A stretch of DNA of 51,262 nucleotides, filler included, from Catajapyx aquilonaris (lineage: Eukaryota): assembly GCA_000934665.2 (NCBI GenBank). It is 2 parts of 2 records of this genome, joined end to end, with 100 filler letters (N's around TTAATTAATTAA, not from the genome) between each part and the next. Parts side by side here need not be neighbours in the genome. Positions count along the whole stretch, not along the records: positions 25,691 to 51,262 come from JYFJ02005339.1; 1 more part is not named here. One strand, given 5' to 3'. The position numbers and the translations under genes are program-made. The notes beneath the pieces are model-generated. The model saw only the letters and a program-made list of their open reading frames with translations, did no database searches and was not told where the DNA came from. Of the stretch, positions 32,375 through 45,163 are shown in pieces; position 1 is the first letter of the stretch; the number at the start of each line of letters is the position of its first letter.

Positions 32375-34969
32375 AAACATTAGCTCTCCACTTGTGGATG
32401 GGCATCGCGGAGAATATTCCTTACTTCAATTGAATAGGCTACTACAGCGACTATAGTGTAATATGACATGGCATTAAGTCGTATTTATGTGTAGTGTCGA
32501 GGACGTTGGTGCTTAGAAACATGGGACTCTCCAGAGCAGAGTGCTGCCACCTTGCGTGCATGTCTCCCCGCGACGTGCTGCCTCCTGGCTGCTCCCGTGC
32601 CTCCTCTCTGCCTGCCTGCCGTCCATCCATCTACCCGACCGACCGTCCGTCGGCCTCCTCCGCCTCCGCTGGACAACCTGAATGTCCGCTGGACACTCCA
32701 CTTCCAGCGGCTAGCCGGGCCCTTCCCCTGCCCACTGGTGAGTCAATCTAAATTCTCCTCCTGTAGGGTTCAACCCCGATCCATCGTACGCCCCGATCTA
32801 CCGCTGCCTGGTTCCCTTATGTAATGCCAAGTTGAGGCACATACGTACGTCGTTATGAAAGTCTGCCTGACACACTCGGGCCAAATGGCATGATGGACCG
32901 CATTGTGTTACGTCGGTGGCGGGTATGCACCGGCGGAGGGGTTGTCCTGCAGGTGATAGGGTGTAGGTCAGGGATCAGAGTGAAGGTCAGCTGATCAGTT
33001 GCTGGTTCAGTCATTTTTATCTGGAAGACGATAGATAGATGTAGGGCAGAGTGGAGCAGCTGGGTGCAAGGAAGGATCGTTGACACCCAGCAGGTCTGCC
33101 CCTGGAGATAAGAATAGGCCACTTGGCAAAGATCCGGACTCTCATTGTTGGTTTTCCAGTCGCTGACTTGGCTCGTGACAATGTTTCACCGTACCTAGGT
33201 TCACACTGGGCAGGTTGTCACCTGTTGCCCGGGATCAGAAGACAGTGCCGAAGATGAGTGATAAAGTGTGCTGTCAGACCACAGCCATGCCGGGTGAAGA
33301 AAAGCAGTGGTCGGGGTGATGAAGGGGGGGGGGGGGGGNNGGGGGGGGGGATGGGATACAGAAGAGATTACTGTTGCCAGCCGGGCGCCTTTTGACCTTG
33401 ACCATTGTGCAAGCCCGCTCCCACCAACAATGCTCCCGGCTTCGACACACTTGTGCCAACAAACCCATTGTCGCAACAAGGCCCATTTTTGTCCACCCCA
33501 GAAAGGATATGACACACTGCGCAGTTGCCGTCTAGATGTTTCTTCGACCGTACCGAGCATTGCCTTTGAATTGCCCGCACAGTATACGGTATCGATGGAG
33601 TTTCCCTCAAGTGGCGGTGTTTTCAAAATAATGATCAAGGTCTAATCTCTGCCTAGAACGTAGTTTTACTATTGATCTGGGTCAAATCGCGGTACGTCAC
33701 CGCACATTGCATAATCACATAGCCTAATTGTATATACACACAATCGTACAACCTAATTGTATATACACACAAATTCAAAGAGTTCCGTACATATATAGCT
33801 CTTTATTAATCCTTGTTCCGCCTTGGGCTAATTAAGCCGCAAATTAGCTCGTAATTTCATACCTATTCATCGACTTACAGCATGTGGATGTCATCAATGT
33901 TGTGTCATTTGAACAAGTCCAGTCATTAGTGATTACGTGTGGCCACAAATGCGGCTGTCTGGTTCGAAACGAGTGTTTCAACAGTTTGTGACACTGAAGT
34001 CACACGATGAAATCATTTCTTCCGACGGAATTTTTCCCATTTTTGACACACGTCATTTTGTTTGGACAAAATAGTGTGTGGGGAAATCGTCCGCGAGATT
34101 CCAGAAAGCGCGGGAAATGTTCTCTATATAGAGAGATGTTGCCGATTCCAAGCAAATATGGCCTTGATGATGGATCGAACTCTGGTGGGCAACCTTTTGC
34201 AAGAGTTGGAGGCCTCCGTCCCCGGCCGTGAAAATGCGCCCATCTTCACCCCCCTCAGAGGAGTCAAGGCCGCGCCATTGTTATCAACAATCTACGATAT
34301 ACATCCGATACATACTAGGTCCGTGCACCTGTGTGTGGAAGCATGGGCGTAATTTTAGCCACGGGCAGAAGGCCAGAGGGGTGGGAGATGGCCCTGACCG
34401 TGACTTGTTGCCAGCTGAGGCTATTTCGGGGGGCTCCCATTGTTGCTGGGTGCCAACAATGGTACTGGGTGCCAACAATGCCTTGGGCAATTGGATGAAA
34501 GGAGCTGAGGGGGAGGTATGCCAGAAGGGGGTGGAGGGGAGAAATTACGACGCCCGCCATAAAAACTGCTCAAGTTCAAGGGCAAGGGCTGGAAATAGAG
34601 GGGTAGGGTACGGTCCACGGCTGCAGGATCTAGGCTCGTACGTGGCCTGCCCTTGAAATTCTGCTATTATCGATTGGACTGTCGCTAGGCTCCCCCACCT
34701 CCCTGGGTGCCTCACCACCCGCACAACTAGTAGCACATATTCACAGCGCGGTACAAGGTGCCTCATGGGCTAGGTCAGGATTTGTCGCTTTTTTGAGTGA
34801 GACTAGCCTAGATGCATGGCCTGAGTTGGGGGGTCGTGTTGAGGGAGTCTTGAGTGTATGAAGGGTGAGGGGGGGGACTTAGTGCGATGCCAAGTGTGAG
34901 CGGGAGAACTCGACTGTCAAACCCGTGACAATGGGTGTATTGTTGTAGTGCGCCCTATTTTTGGGGGGG

Positions 34970-37900
34970 ATGGACACCTGGTCCGACCTGGTATGTATGG
35001 GGAAGGCCAAGGTCATTCGGGCATTGTTGGTGCGCGAAACGTGGGGTATACAAAAAGTGGCGAGTGCGTTCACTTGGAGAGTCCAAGGCCAGCCAGCGGA
35101 TGACACCTGCCAACAATTGACATATTGAATTGTTGCAGGTGTCCATGATGTCATCGGGTGAGGGCTCGGTGCTTGTGCCACAGATCAAGAAGGAGGAGGA
35201 TGGGTGCGGTGGCAGCTTCCGGGCCTGTTCGCCGGCCAACAGCACCAACCTGTACTCGCCGACGACCACCGTCATGCACAGCGAGGTAGGTTTCAGGTGC
35301 GAAGTGTTGGGGGTTCAAGGGAAGGCACGCGAAGTCTACAAAATGGTTAATTTGCACCTGCATGGTGGTTCAAGGCCGGATACCGTGTAGCCTTGAGGGG
35401 CGCTTGACATCCAGTGGCTTATGTAAGTCCCCTTTTGACTCGGGAGAGAAGGAATTACGCAAGGAGATCCATTGCCATTTCTCAGGGGACGACCTTGGAA
35501 AATCTTGAAAATGGATATTGAGCCGGGTCCTGGCTTGGGTCAAGTCTGGTCACTTGTCAGGGTGTGACGTAAGAACACTTTTTTGAACAGGGTATATGCA
35601 CTGTAGCGTATCTGTCAGCACGTGTAGGAGATACCGGTACATGTAGCCATTTATTTTGGTTACAGGTATGACATTGTATCATTGCGGGAGGAAAATGGAA
35701 TTTCCCGCGCAGAGTATCCTCGCATTGAATGTATGATATCAGGGAAGAGAAGTGGCGTTACCGTGTTTCCGTGCATAAATTTATTGCTCTTTTCGTGCAG
35801 AAATATAGGATCGTTAGAAGTAGTGGCATGTGCATGTTTGAAGCCACATTGCGCAAGTTAATTCCTGCAGCGCATGATTTACACCATAGAAAATTCAGTG
35901 TGACAGTAGCGGTCTGGTAGAGTTGACCCTGTTGCTAATGATAAAATGCAATGGTGGAATCAGGGGCTGTACTTTTTATCAGCCAGCACGATCGGTTCAC
36001 CGAGAGATTCGAGACAAAGAGGAGGAAAAAGCTGGACGTGTACACGTAATGCATGCTGCATGTGCGTGAGTGTCGCTATTTGTTGGTAATACGGCCACAA
36101 ATACGGTAAATGTCAATGGGGTTTATTTTAAATTGCTTCCTCTGTCAGTATCAATAATTGCAAAGCTCAGTATTTACAGTTTGACCGGGCACTGCCGAGC
36201 AGGGTCGCCCGCTTATCCTGCGAGGGCCACTACCTGCAGGGATGAGCTGCGGGTAGTGGCACTCGCAGGATAAGTGGAAACCGCGCGTCCTTGTATAGCC
36301 GAAATTCTAGTTTCGGAAGCCCCTTCAGAATATGAAGAGGTTGGCGAATTGGGAACAAATATACAGAATGTCCCGTCTGCATGCCAGTGTGTATGCTGAT
36401 AACACGGAATGTTGGTCAAAATTGTCTGAATAGTGTACCATCGCCAAGAAACAGCAATGCATGGTAGTCCTGACACCCACCAATAATGGCACGTCCTTTA
36501 TTCCGAATGATTTAAGGCCATCTTAATCATTAAAGACCTGAAATGCAGTAGGCTTGTTGGCCGATATTGATTAGTAGTCCCTCGTAAGATGATCAAGTCG
36601 GTGTCTTCTAGATCAATTACAATCCGCTAAGAAACATCGGAAAACAATCCCATCCGGTTCATATTGCGGGGTTCTGGGAGCTCCTTACGACATAATGTCG
36701 AACCGCCCGATTCACCTGACAAAAAATCAGCGGTGATGAATTCGGCGGAATTTTGCATCGGGGCCAACATTGTCCATCTATTTCGGGCGCACGGGGTGAA
36801 AATGAGGCCGTTGCGCGACATTTTGCGTCAGAGGAGTATCCGCACAATTTTTCCCGCCATCCTCCACGGTTAGCGAATATCTCTCTCTGGGCTCATGCGC
36901 AAGGTGCATTTGACTATTCCTGGCCTGATTGCAAGAACATGCGCTCTTTTTCCAGATGGAGTATAGCGAGAGTGGCACCGGGCATTCTCCTCGCTCCATG
37001 AAGCTGTACGAAGGTCCATGCAGTTCTCCAGGGAGCCCGGATAGACACTTTTGCTCCTCGACGACACAACCCACCGAGGGCTCCCTGGTCAGGCCTGAGG
37101 TGAGTTACCGGATCGATGTCTGGAGACGATGACGTGCCAATTTTTTTGTGGGTTCATTGCGATGCGACATCGGTACTCACTGGGCAGGTATTGCCGAAAC
37201 AACCGGGGTCGATAAGATCAGGCGGTGTGGTCTGGAAGGAGAGACCCTGTGATGCATTTTTAACGAGACACTAAGCAGCTTCCGTTTAGCATCGGGATGG
37301 TCTGGTTCAGCGACCGAAAACAAATATGTCCTCGTCATTGACAGAGTAGTAGGTAGTGGGTGGTGGGTGGGGAGGGGGGAGGGGGGAGGGGCAGTGACCC
37401 AACTTGTGGAGTCAATGGGTTCTGGGTAGGTGTCCCAGGGTTTGGTTTGGTATGTGGTTAGTGTAATGTGAGGGAGCCATCTGTGTAAACCAATTTGTTA
37501 TGAATTTGATTAAATGTTTCAGAATTTATGCAGCAATTTTCAGGGCGGGTTGTGTTGATTTGCTTGGCTGTGTTATTAATTAGGGATGCATTGACCGGTG
37601 GGTTGGTTCAACACTGTAGTTTTGGTTTCAAGGTTTTTGGACGTGTCCCAGTCAGGTCTAAATTTGTACCTGTGTTTGAGGAACTGTGGTCTGGGTGACG
37701 GCAGCAATTCCTCGTTTTTATGCTAACTCCTTAGCGTCAACACTTGTGTCCAGTCTATTGGTGTGTAAGGATGTGATAGTTGGGAGCAAAAGTGGCATTT
37801 TCAGTACTCTTTAATGAGCCCAAGTTCAGGTTACATGCTCAGATAGCTTTGGCGGCAGGTACGTGGTCAGTCATGGAGACATGGACTGGCTTCTCTTTTG

Positions 37901-40900
37901 TCAGTGTCAGTTGTTGATGGGCATCTGTAGGCAGACCTTTGGGATAGGATGCATTAAGGCTTGTCATTTGCATGACCAAGTGATTCGCGTCAAACTTTGC
38001 AATTCATCTTTGGAGGACATTTCTGATGAGGGCCACGAGCTACATTTCGTGACCCAATTTGGTCACTTCCATGCCGTTACAAACAGCAGGCAAAGGTCAT
38101 TGTGTTGCTTTGTTGTGACAGTGTTTGAGAATATAAGGCACGGCCATGGAGCTTTTTAAAGTGCTTTATGGCAACTGCAACATAGAGAGCTGCAAGTAAA
38201 AAGCATGTATTTCAGTTATGAAAGAAATAATGATGCTCAAAATATGGCCAACGCTTTCTGAGCTTATAGGTTTGCATTTTTGTAAACCTCATTTACATTT
38301 ACATGTTGCTGACAAGTTATAAGCCATTCTTGGAAAAAAAAAGAAACTGCATTGGCTAAAATGATCTGAATAACTCATATGACCAGTTTTGTCTGGATTA
38401 TTTTGATCAAAATGTACAAATTACATCACTCCATGCTGGAGGTACTGTTTACACCCATTACAAAGTCAAATCCACATGTCAATACCCCAACAGAGTACCA
38501 ACTGAAAACTTTGCCATCACACAGCCACTCTTGTCAGCATCACATTGGATACTAACGAAGGAGTTCTAAGCATGAAAATTTTGAAGGTCCCCAAGTGCTG
38601 TTGCATGTCATGTTCTTCCAGTGTGTCTAATGGGTTGGGAAATGGCACCATGTCAAAGTTGAAGCTGTCCATTTGAAAAAGTTGCCTAAGTTGACTGTCG
38701 CCGTATTGTGGAATCCTTGGCATCTGATGGATATTTACTAGTGAGCCAGGAAGCATTTGCCTGGAGATGTCTAAGCAGGAAAGATGTATCCTTGTATCAT
38801 CATTCACTAGGGCTTCACTTGTGCGGCTGTCGATTTTGCAAGCAGCTTCTTGTTGCACACAACATGGTAATGCAGGGGTAAATATGTACGGGAAGGGACG
38901 ACAGGTTGGTGGGGATTGCTTCACCATGAATTGATTGTAGTCTCAGGGTAATTTAGAATGCAGTGACATTGGGATGACACAAATAGATTGCTTACCAAGT
39001 AAGAGTTGAAAATACGAGGATTTGCCTAATGTAAACAGGAGGACTTTTGCTTTGTCTTTTTTTGTCAGGGAGAGTCAAGGTAACAGTGCTAATCTTAGTA
39101 TTGCCCCTCAGGAAGGAACCAAGGAAGAAGATTCCCCCAAACGCTTGTGCTTGGTATGTGGAGACATTGCTTCAGGCTTTCATTATGGTGTGGCCTCGTG
39201 TGAAGCCTGCAAGGCGTTTTTCAAGAGGACAATTCAGGGTAAAGTCTTATTATTTATCAGGGATGATTATGACAACTGCAGTACCAATTGTTTGGACAAA
39301 ATCCTTCTTGCAGGAAACATAGAGTATGCCTGCCCAGCTTCCAATGATTGTGAGATCAACAAAAGGCGACGGAAGGCATGTCAAGCATGCCGCTTCCAGA
39401 AGTGTTTGAGGATGGGAATGCTGAAAGAAGGAGTGCGGCTGGACAGAGTGCGAGGTGGCAGACAAAAGTATCGTCGTAGTGCAGACAACTCCTACCAGCT
39501 TCATACTTTGCCAGCTAAGAAGCCTACTTTGGAAGGTGAGCATAATGCAATGGTTCATGGTTGAATGGTTAAGCCACTAACTGGCCTAGTGGAAGGTCAG
39601 AGAATGGATTTCTAGGTTTTTACCTATTTTTAATTCTGTAGGAAGAAAACTGGAACCAAAATATCTATCCGTTTCATAACACAAGGACCTCAAAAATCGT
39701 AGTTTTATAGAACCTAAAATGGCCTATTTCGGCCGTTGGAACCTAAATGGCCTATTAGCGCCTATGTTCACCTATTTCCACCTTTTTGACGCCATTCTGC
39801 AAGATTTTCTAGAGTTTTCGCGGGGTTTTCGTTCAAGGCGTCCCTCCTGCTTCAACCTGTAAAGGGCGAAGAAGCTGTAGACATGGTGGATGAACTGGCA
39901 GTAAAAGACAATTCACTTTTCAAGTATGATCCAGTTACTTCATATGACGTCGAAAGGTCATTTTCAACGTATTAATATGTATTGTTACACAGGCGTCATC
40001 AACTAACCAATGAAAATATGGAACAACTGTTAGTTTCTTACTGTGATACAAAATTTCATGGTGAAGAGTAGGGTGTAATATTGTATAGGAACAAAAATAA
40101 ATTACGACCTGCATGATTGTTACTGCCTATTAAGAACCTATTTGCAGGGCCTAAATGCCTACCTTTTTCATGGTTTTTAGAACCTAAAAATCTGTTCTTT
40201 AGTCATTAATATATTGAACCTTTGTACCCTCTCACAATTTATATCAAAGCCTGGTTGATGTGCCTCAGAATAAGCAAAAGTACCAGCAATGATGATGGTG
40301 GTGGTGGTAGTGGTGATAATGGTGATGATAATGTTCATTTGCTTCATTGCAGAAAACAAAATCCTTTTGGTGCTAGCCACGTGTGAGCCAGAAGTCCTAT
40401 TGGCCTTGCCTGATCCCAATTTGTTGGACTCAGACTATCGAACCATCAGCACCTTGAGCGATCTGTATGACCGGGAGCTTGTGGGCATTATTTCTTGGGC
40501 AAAGCATATTCCAGGTGAGATGACATGCCAACCAGATGAAACGTTAAGTCAGTGTTGCTACTAGACCAATAAGACATTCTCATTTTCTGAATCTAGTCCA
40601 ACAAGTTTAATACCTTTGCAGGTTTCACAGATTTATCTCTCAACGACCAAATGAGGTTGCTACAAAGTACCTGGGCTGAGATTCTGACCTTGGCCTTAGC
40701 ATATCGATCTCTGCCTGCATCAGGGCGGTTACAGTTCGCTACCGATTTCACATTGGACGAGAAGCAGGCTCGTGACTGTGGAGCGGGGGATCTCTTTCAT
40801 CATGTAAGTCTCAAAAGTCAAATTGGGAATAACTTTAACTGCTGGTGATATTATTTACTTTCCTGACATCAGTGTATGCAAATAGTGGAACGGCTGGAAA

Positions 40901-41489
40901 GGGTGGCTATAGCAAAGGAGGAGTACTTTCTCCTCAAAGCACTAGTGTTGGCCAATTCGGATGTGCGGGTAGACCAAGTTACCTCTCTGAAGAAATTGCG
41001 TGACAACATCACATCTGCCTTGACCGACTGCGTCACCGTCCTCAGGTGAGGGTTTTGCGAGTTAAATGAGCTTGTTGAGATGACAAAAAAATAGTAACCT
41101 TGGCCCCATGCTAACAAAAGGATGGCATAATGATTGAATTCGGTGGATGACCCAATCATTCTAATTCTAACGGTATTTACTGAGAACAACATTGTCTGAA
41201 CTTGTCACGTGTCCTAGCTTGGGCAAAGTTTAGGCCCTTATTTTATTAACATGGCCAGTACTCACAAGTGGTTGTAGCAAGCCTTCTAGCTGTCAGTTTG
41301 TGATGAGAATGGCAAAAATGTTTCAGACCCAGCAATGCTGCCATCCACATGCACAGTCTTCTGCTCTGCCTTCCTTCTCTGAGGCAAGTGGACGCCGTTG
41401 TACGCAGGTTTTGGAGTGGAGTGCGTCGAGATGGAAAGGTGCTGATGAACAAGTTGTTTGTGGAAATGTTGGAAGCACACCTGAGGTAA
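34970..41489 (+). CDS. ERR: Estrogen-related receptor (NR3B), 9 coding exons, about 446 aa
   Basis: Exons 34970-34990, 35139-35285, 36956-37099, 39112-39238, 39314-39535, 40353-40514, 40622-40803, 40873-41045, 41327-41489 (1341 nt, all GT-AG). [34 protein letters not shown]...[41 protein letters not shown]-2 KLFVEMLEA. The first tiny exon (MDTWSDL) is less certain. Confidence 0.95.
39598..40201 (+). mobile_element. Internally deleted hAT-like transposon in ERR intron 5
   Basis: Imperfect TIRs cagagaatggatttctaggtt / aacctaaaaatctgttcttta; [38 protein letters not shown] dimerisation motif with a stop. Confidence 0.78.
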
Positions 41490-43243
41490 AACACACAGGC
41501 CCATTCAGGTGGGAAAACCATGTGCCAAGAGGAAGAGATTGTGCTCGTCAACACCCTGCCCACCCTCACCCCCACCCCCAACCCCTGCACAAGGATGTAG
41601 CAAGTACAGTAGTCGTGTACTGCCCTAGTGCTTTAACATGGGCTTCCCCTACCCTCACTCCACCTCTTTCTTCCAATCCCTTCCCTCTGAAAAGGTACCA
41701 TACCTTGTGCTGTGAATTGGAGCCAAAATTTTATTCTTATCCCCTGGCAAAGTTGTCAGCTTTGTTCCATTGAGCACGTGTGTTGAGGCAACTGCTTGAA
41801 GCTTAAGACCGAAGTTTTTGTTATGGGACCTACAAAAGGCAAAAAAAAAAAAAGTTAAAACAAGCAAAAGAACAAAAAAAGGGAAAAGAAGTGTAGCTGT
41901 GAGAAGGTAGTCACACATGTATGTTGTATAATATTGATAGATGGCTGCAGCTTTTCTCATTTCAAATTTTTTTTTTAATGGTCATGTTGGTTTAGCCTCT
42001 GATGCAATTTATTTTATCTTGCTTCACATGGAATTGTTTTGTGTGTCTTTGAGTCCTCAAAAGATGGTCCAGGCACTAGAGCTGCATAGAAGAATAGAGA
42101 CTGGTTACCAGTGAAAATGCACACAAGGGACACTTTCCAACAAGGACAGCTACTGCTACTGCTGGAGCGTGTTCAACAATGATTTTTGGTACATATTGGA
42201 TGTGGTAATTGTCACCTGGAAAAGTGAAAGCCAGAATAACATGAGAAATGGTGGATATATTGTGGTTAAAATGTGGCAATATGAAATTGGAAAATGGTAT
42301 TTGCCACATTTTGCATGATATCTCACCTTGAGGTTAACTTGTTTGCAATTCTAGTTTTCACATGACTAGTTGTCACTATCATAAATGATTTGCACCAAAA
42401 ACTTGGTTGGGTGAACTCATACAGATAGCCTCTCATTCCTTCTTTCTTCAACAAGGTCCTTTATCTGCAAGGGACGGGCATTGATGACTTTCCATAACTC
42501 CCATGGTGGCTTTTTCTAGTGAATTACTATTTGACATTTCACTCAGAAATTGTGGGTGCTAGTCTTAGCATTATAGTTACAGTATATCCAGTGAATAGTT
42601 GCATTGCATTGAAGCCTTTTACCTGGTTAGAGGAAAATTGTGTGAGCTCCAGTCTGGTATTGAACCCAGGCCATCAGGGTTGGGGATTAATTGCAGTAAT
42701 GCATGCTCTTGTGTTGACTTCAGGGGTGTACAGGGTGACTCCTATGGTGTTGCCAAAATGGCAGTGAGCCAAAGCTTGCCAAACTCAAAGACAGACTAGG
42801 GTTGATCCTTAACACTGTCATGAATAAATTAACATTAATTAAAATTAGAGCAGACATTGACAGTGATGAATATTTACACATTTTAAAAATTTCACCTGGC
42901 AGGGCAGCCTAGGAAGAGAAAAGTATTTTTTTAAAGCCTTATTATTTTTGTTACCTCCCTGCATTGTCAGGTCGTTCAGGGCAATGTAGGCATGCAAATC
43001 AAATTTTTTGAAAATTACATTATGGCAACAATATGCAGATATAATACTGGATGTAGTTTGATTCATTGGATGTACTATTACGGTCAAAGAGATAAAGACG
43101 ATTCATTTTTGCAAGGATCCAACACGGTTACGGTAAAACCAGTGTTGCGTCTTTACTTCAACACAAATATTTCCTGTAAAATTCATCAAGACAATAATAA
43201 TGATATCATTACACTTCTCTATGAAAGTGGTCGTCAGCAATAA

Positions 43244-43666
43244 AGCTGGGTTTACATGTGAGCGAAATGATCAGCGATTTGCATCGCCAGCGATGAAATC
43301 CTAACGAAAGCAGTGATTTGGGCCGAAAGTAGCAATCGCGTTTAAGAAGGGAGGGCCTCGGCGATGACATCGCTCAAGGAGATGGCGATGACATCGTCGC
43401 TCACTTGTGGCGTATTCGGGTGGCTGTAAATTCGAGCCATAAACAACCCGATCGTCTTTTGTCTCCTTCCGGCGGGCGATGCTGTTGGCATGCTGTGGCG
43501 AGGCTGTTGGCATGCCGTGGCGATGCACGTCGCAGGCATGTAAACACACGGGCGATGCTTAAGCGCTATCGCTTGAGTCATGACGTCAGAACCGCTACAA
43601 TTCACGGTCGAAATGCATCGCCGCGATGCATTTCGCTGATCATTTCGCTCACATGTAAACCCACCT
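43244..43666. mobile_element. PIF/Harbinger-type MITE
   Basis: TAA|AGCTGGGTTTACATGTGAGCGAAATGATCAGCGA ... TCGCTGATCATTTCGCTCACATGTAAACCCACCT|TAA; related end fragment near 28942-28985. Confidence 0.88.
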
Positions 43667-44898
43667 TAAAACAGAGATGCAAGTTAATCTAATATAAGCT
43701 AAAAACATGACACTCATTAATGGGCAACATTCAATGCAATAAAATGCATTATAATCAAAAACAACTGGGTATACCCCTAACAAACACAAACAAAGCAAAT
43801 TTCCAGCCTATCACCAGATATGCACATGTTCTCTGGGTCACATGACCCTACCAGGATGGACCTGGAGATGGTACACATTTTTTCATTCACCTTTTTTTAA
43901 ACTTCAAGATCTTATTGTACAGTATACATATGCATTAGATCAGAGACTTAAAGCAGGTTTCCAGTGAACTCAGTTGGAGCTTTGAAACATAAGTCGTCTT
44001 CATCTTTTTAACTGTGACTGTATAGTACAAATACGCAGTCACTCCCTACTGGTATGCATGATTATTCTGTCACTTTATACCAGGTAATTTTCTGCTGTTT
44101 TTGTTTTTGCAATATCGTATCAACAACAGTGTGGTGAAATGTTAGGACCATTGAGAAGTAACTTGGGTAAGTTACCCATAATGGCATTATGAGAGGAATC
44201 TTGAAAATCACTAGCAAAAGTGGGTATATATTTTTTCACACTGTTACATTTAAGCAGAAATGAGACTATATTAGTAGCAATTGTTTTCAATTTGTGACAC
44301 ACACAGTATGGATGTTACTCTAAATGGACAGGCATGGTCAAGAGTGTTTAGAGGGAGTCATACCAATTGTTGTAATTTGCAGGCAAGGCCTAATGTATAC
44401 AGGTGCGTTATATGACCATAGAACAGTATTTTTAGACCTCATGGAATTGTTTCAGTATGGCCGTACAAAACATTTAACTTCTACCACTATTTTACATGTG
44501 GTATGCCTGTACAAAGTGTACGACTGCTACTGCTACATTACTGCACATTCATTAATTGGAATTCTGTAGGGGGTATTGAAACGAAATCACCGATGACGCT
44601 CCCTTTGCAGACTGGAGGCCTAGTGCTCAAACCGGTTTGTTGAGCCAAAGAACAAATTAGGTGTTCCTTGCTTTGCATTATCCTGATCAAATTATATGGG
44701 GAATCACATTTCATGAGTTAAGGGGTTCGAAAAGAGATTTAGAAGTTGGGGTTTCATGGGAAATGTGTCAGAGCAGCACATGCTATATGCAGCCATGCCA
44801 TATGCAGCCATGCCATATTTGTCATCTATTATGTTGCCTAAGTGTACCAAAATCTAGTAATTTTGTGTCATTTCCATTTGCATGACATGACATGACAT

Positions 44899-45163
44899 GG
44901 GGTGTCTTCCAGTGACCCTGCGCCACCCCTTTGGCAGGAAAAAATTTGGATGGTAATTCACATCATCCTAGTGGAAAATATTGTTGCACTGTTCTATATT
45001 GCAGACAAAATCAGGTTCATTTCCCCATTTGCCTTGAACTCAATATGCAACTTAATTTTGCTGAGGCTCCGGTGAGTGTATGCAAGCTTCCGTTGGGTGA
45101 TAATTACTTCCATAAACTTTTTCCATACCTTTGGGGTGGCGCAGGGTCACTGGAAGACACCCC
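44899..45163. mobile_element. MITE with perfect ~31-bp TIRs
   Basis: GGGGTGTCTTCCAGTGACCCTGCGCCACCCC / GGGGTGGCGCAGGGTCACTGGAAGACACCCC. Confidence 0.85.

Noticed and set aside
32470..34960. GC-rich block with many short ORFs, first suspected to be a retroelement
   Set aside because: No gag or pol motifs and no paired LTRs; the right part is better explained as the ERR promoter and 5' region, and the left part remains unassigned
39045..39111. Alternative acceptor or 11-nt micro-exon upstream of ERR exon 4
   Set aside because: Using the AG at 39067-68 shifts the frame, and the residual intron would be only about 32 nt
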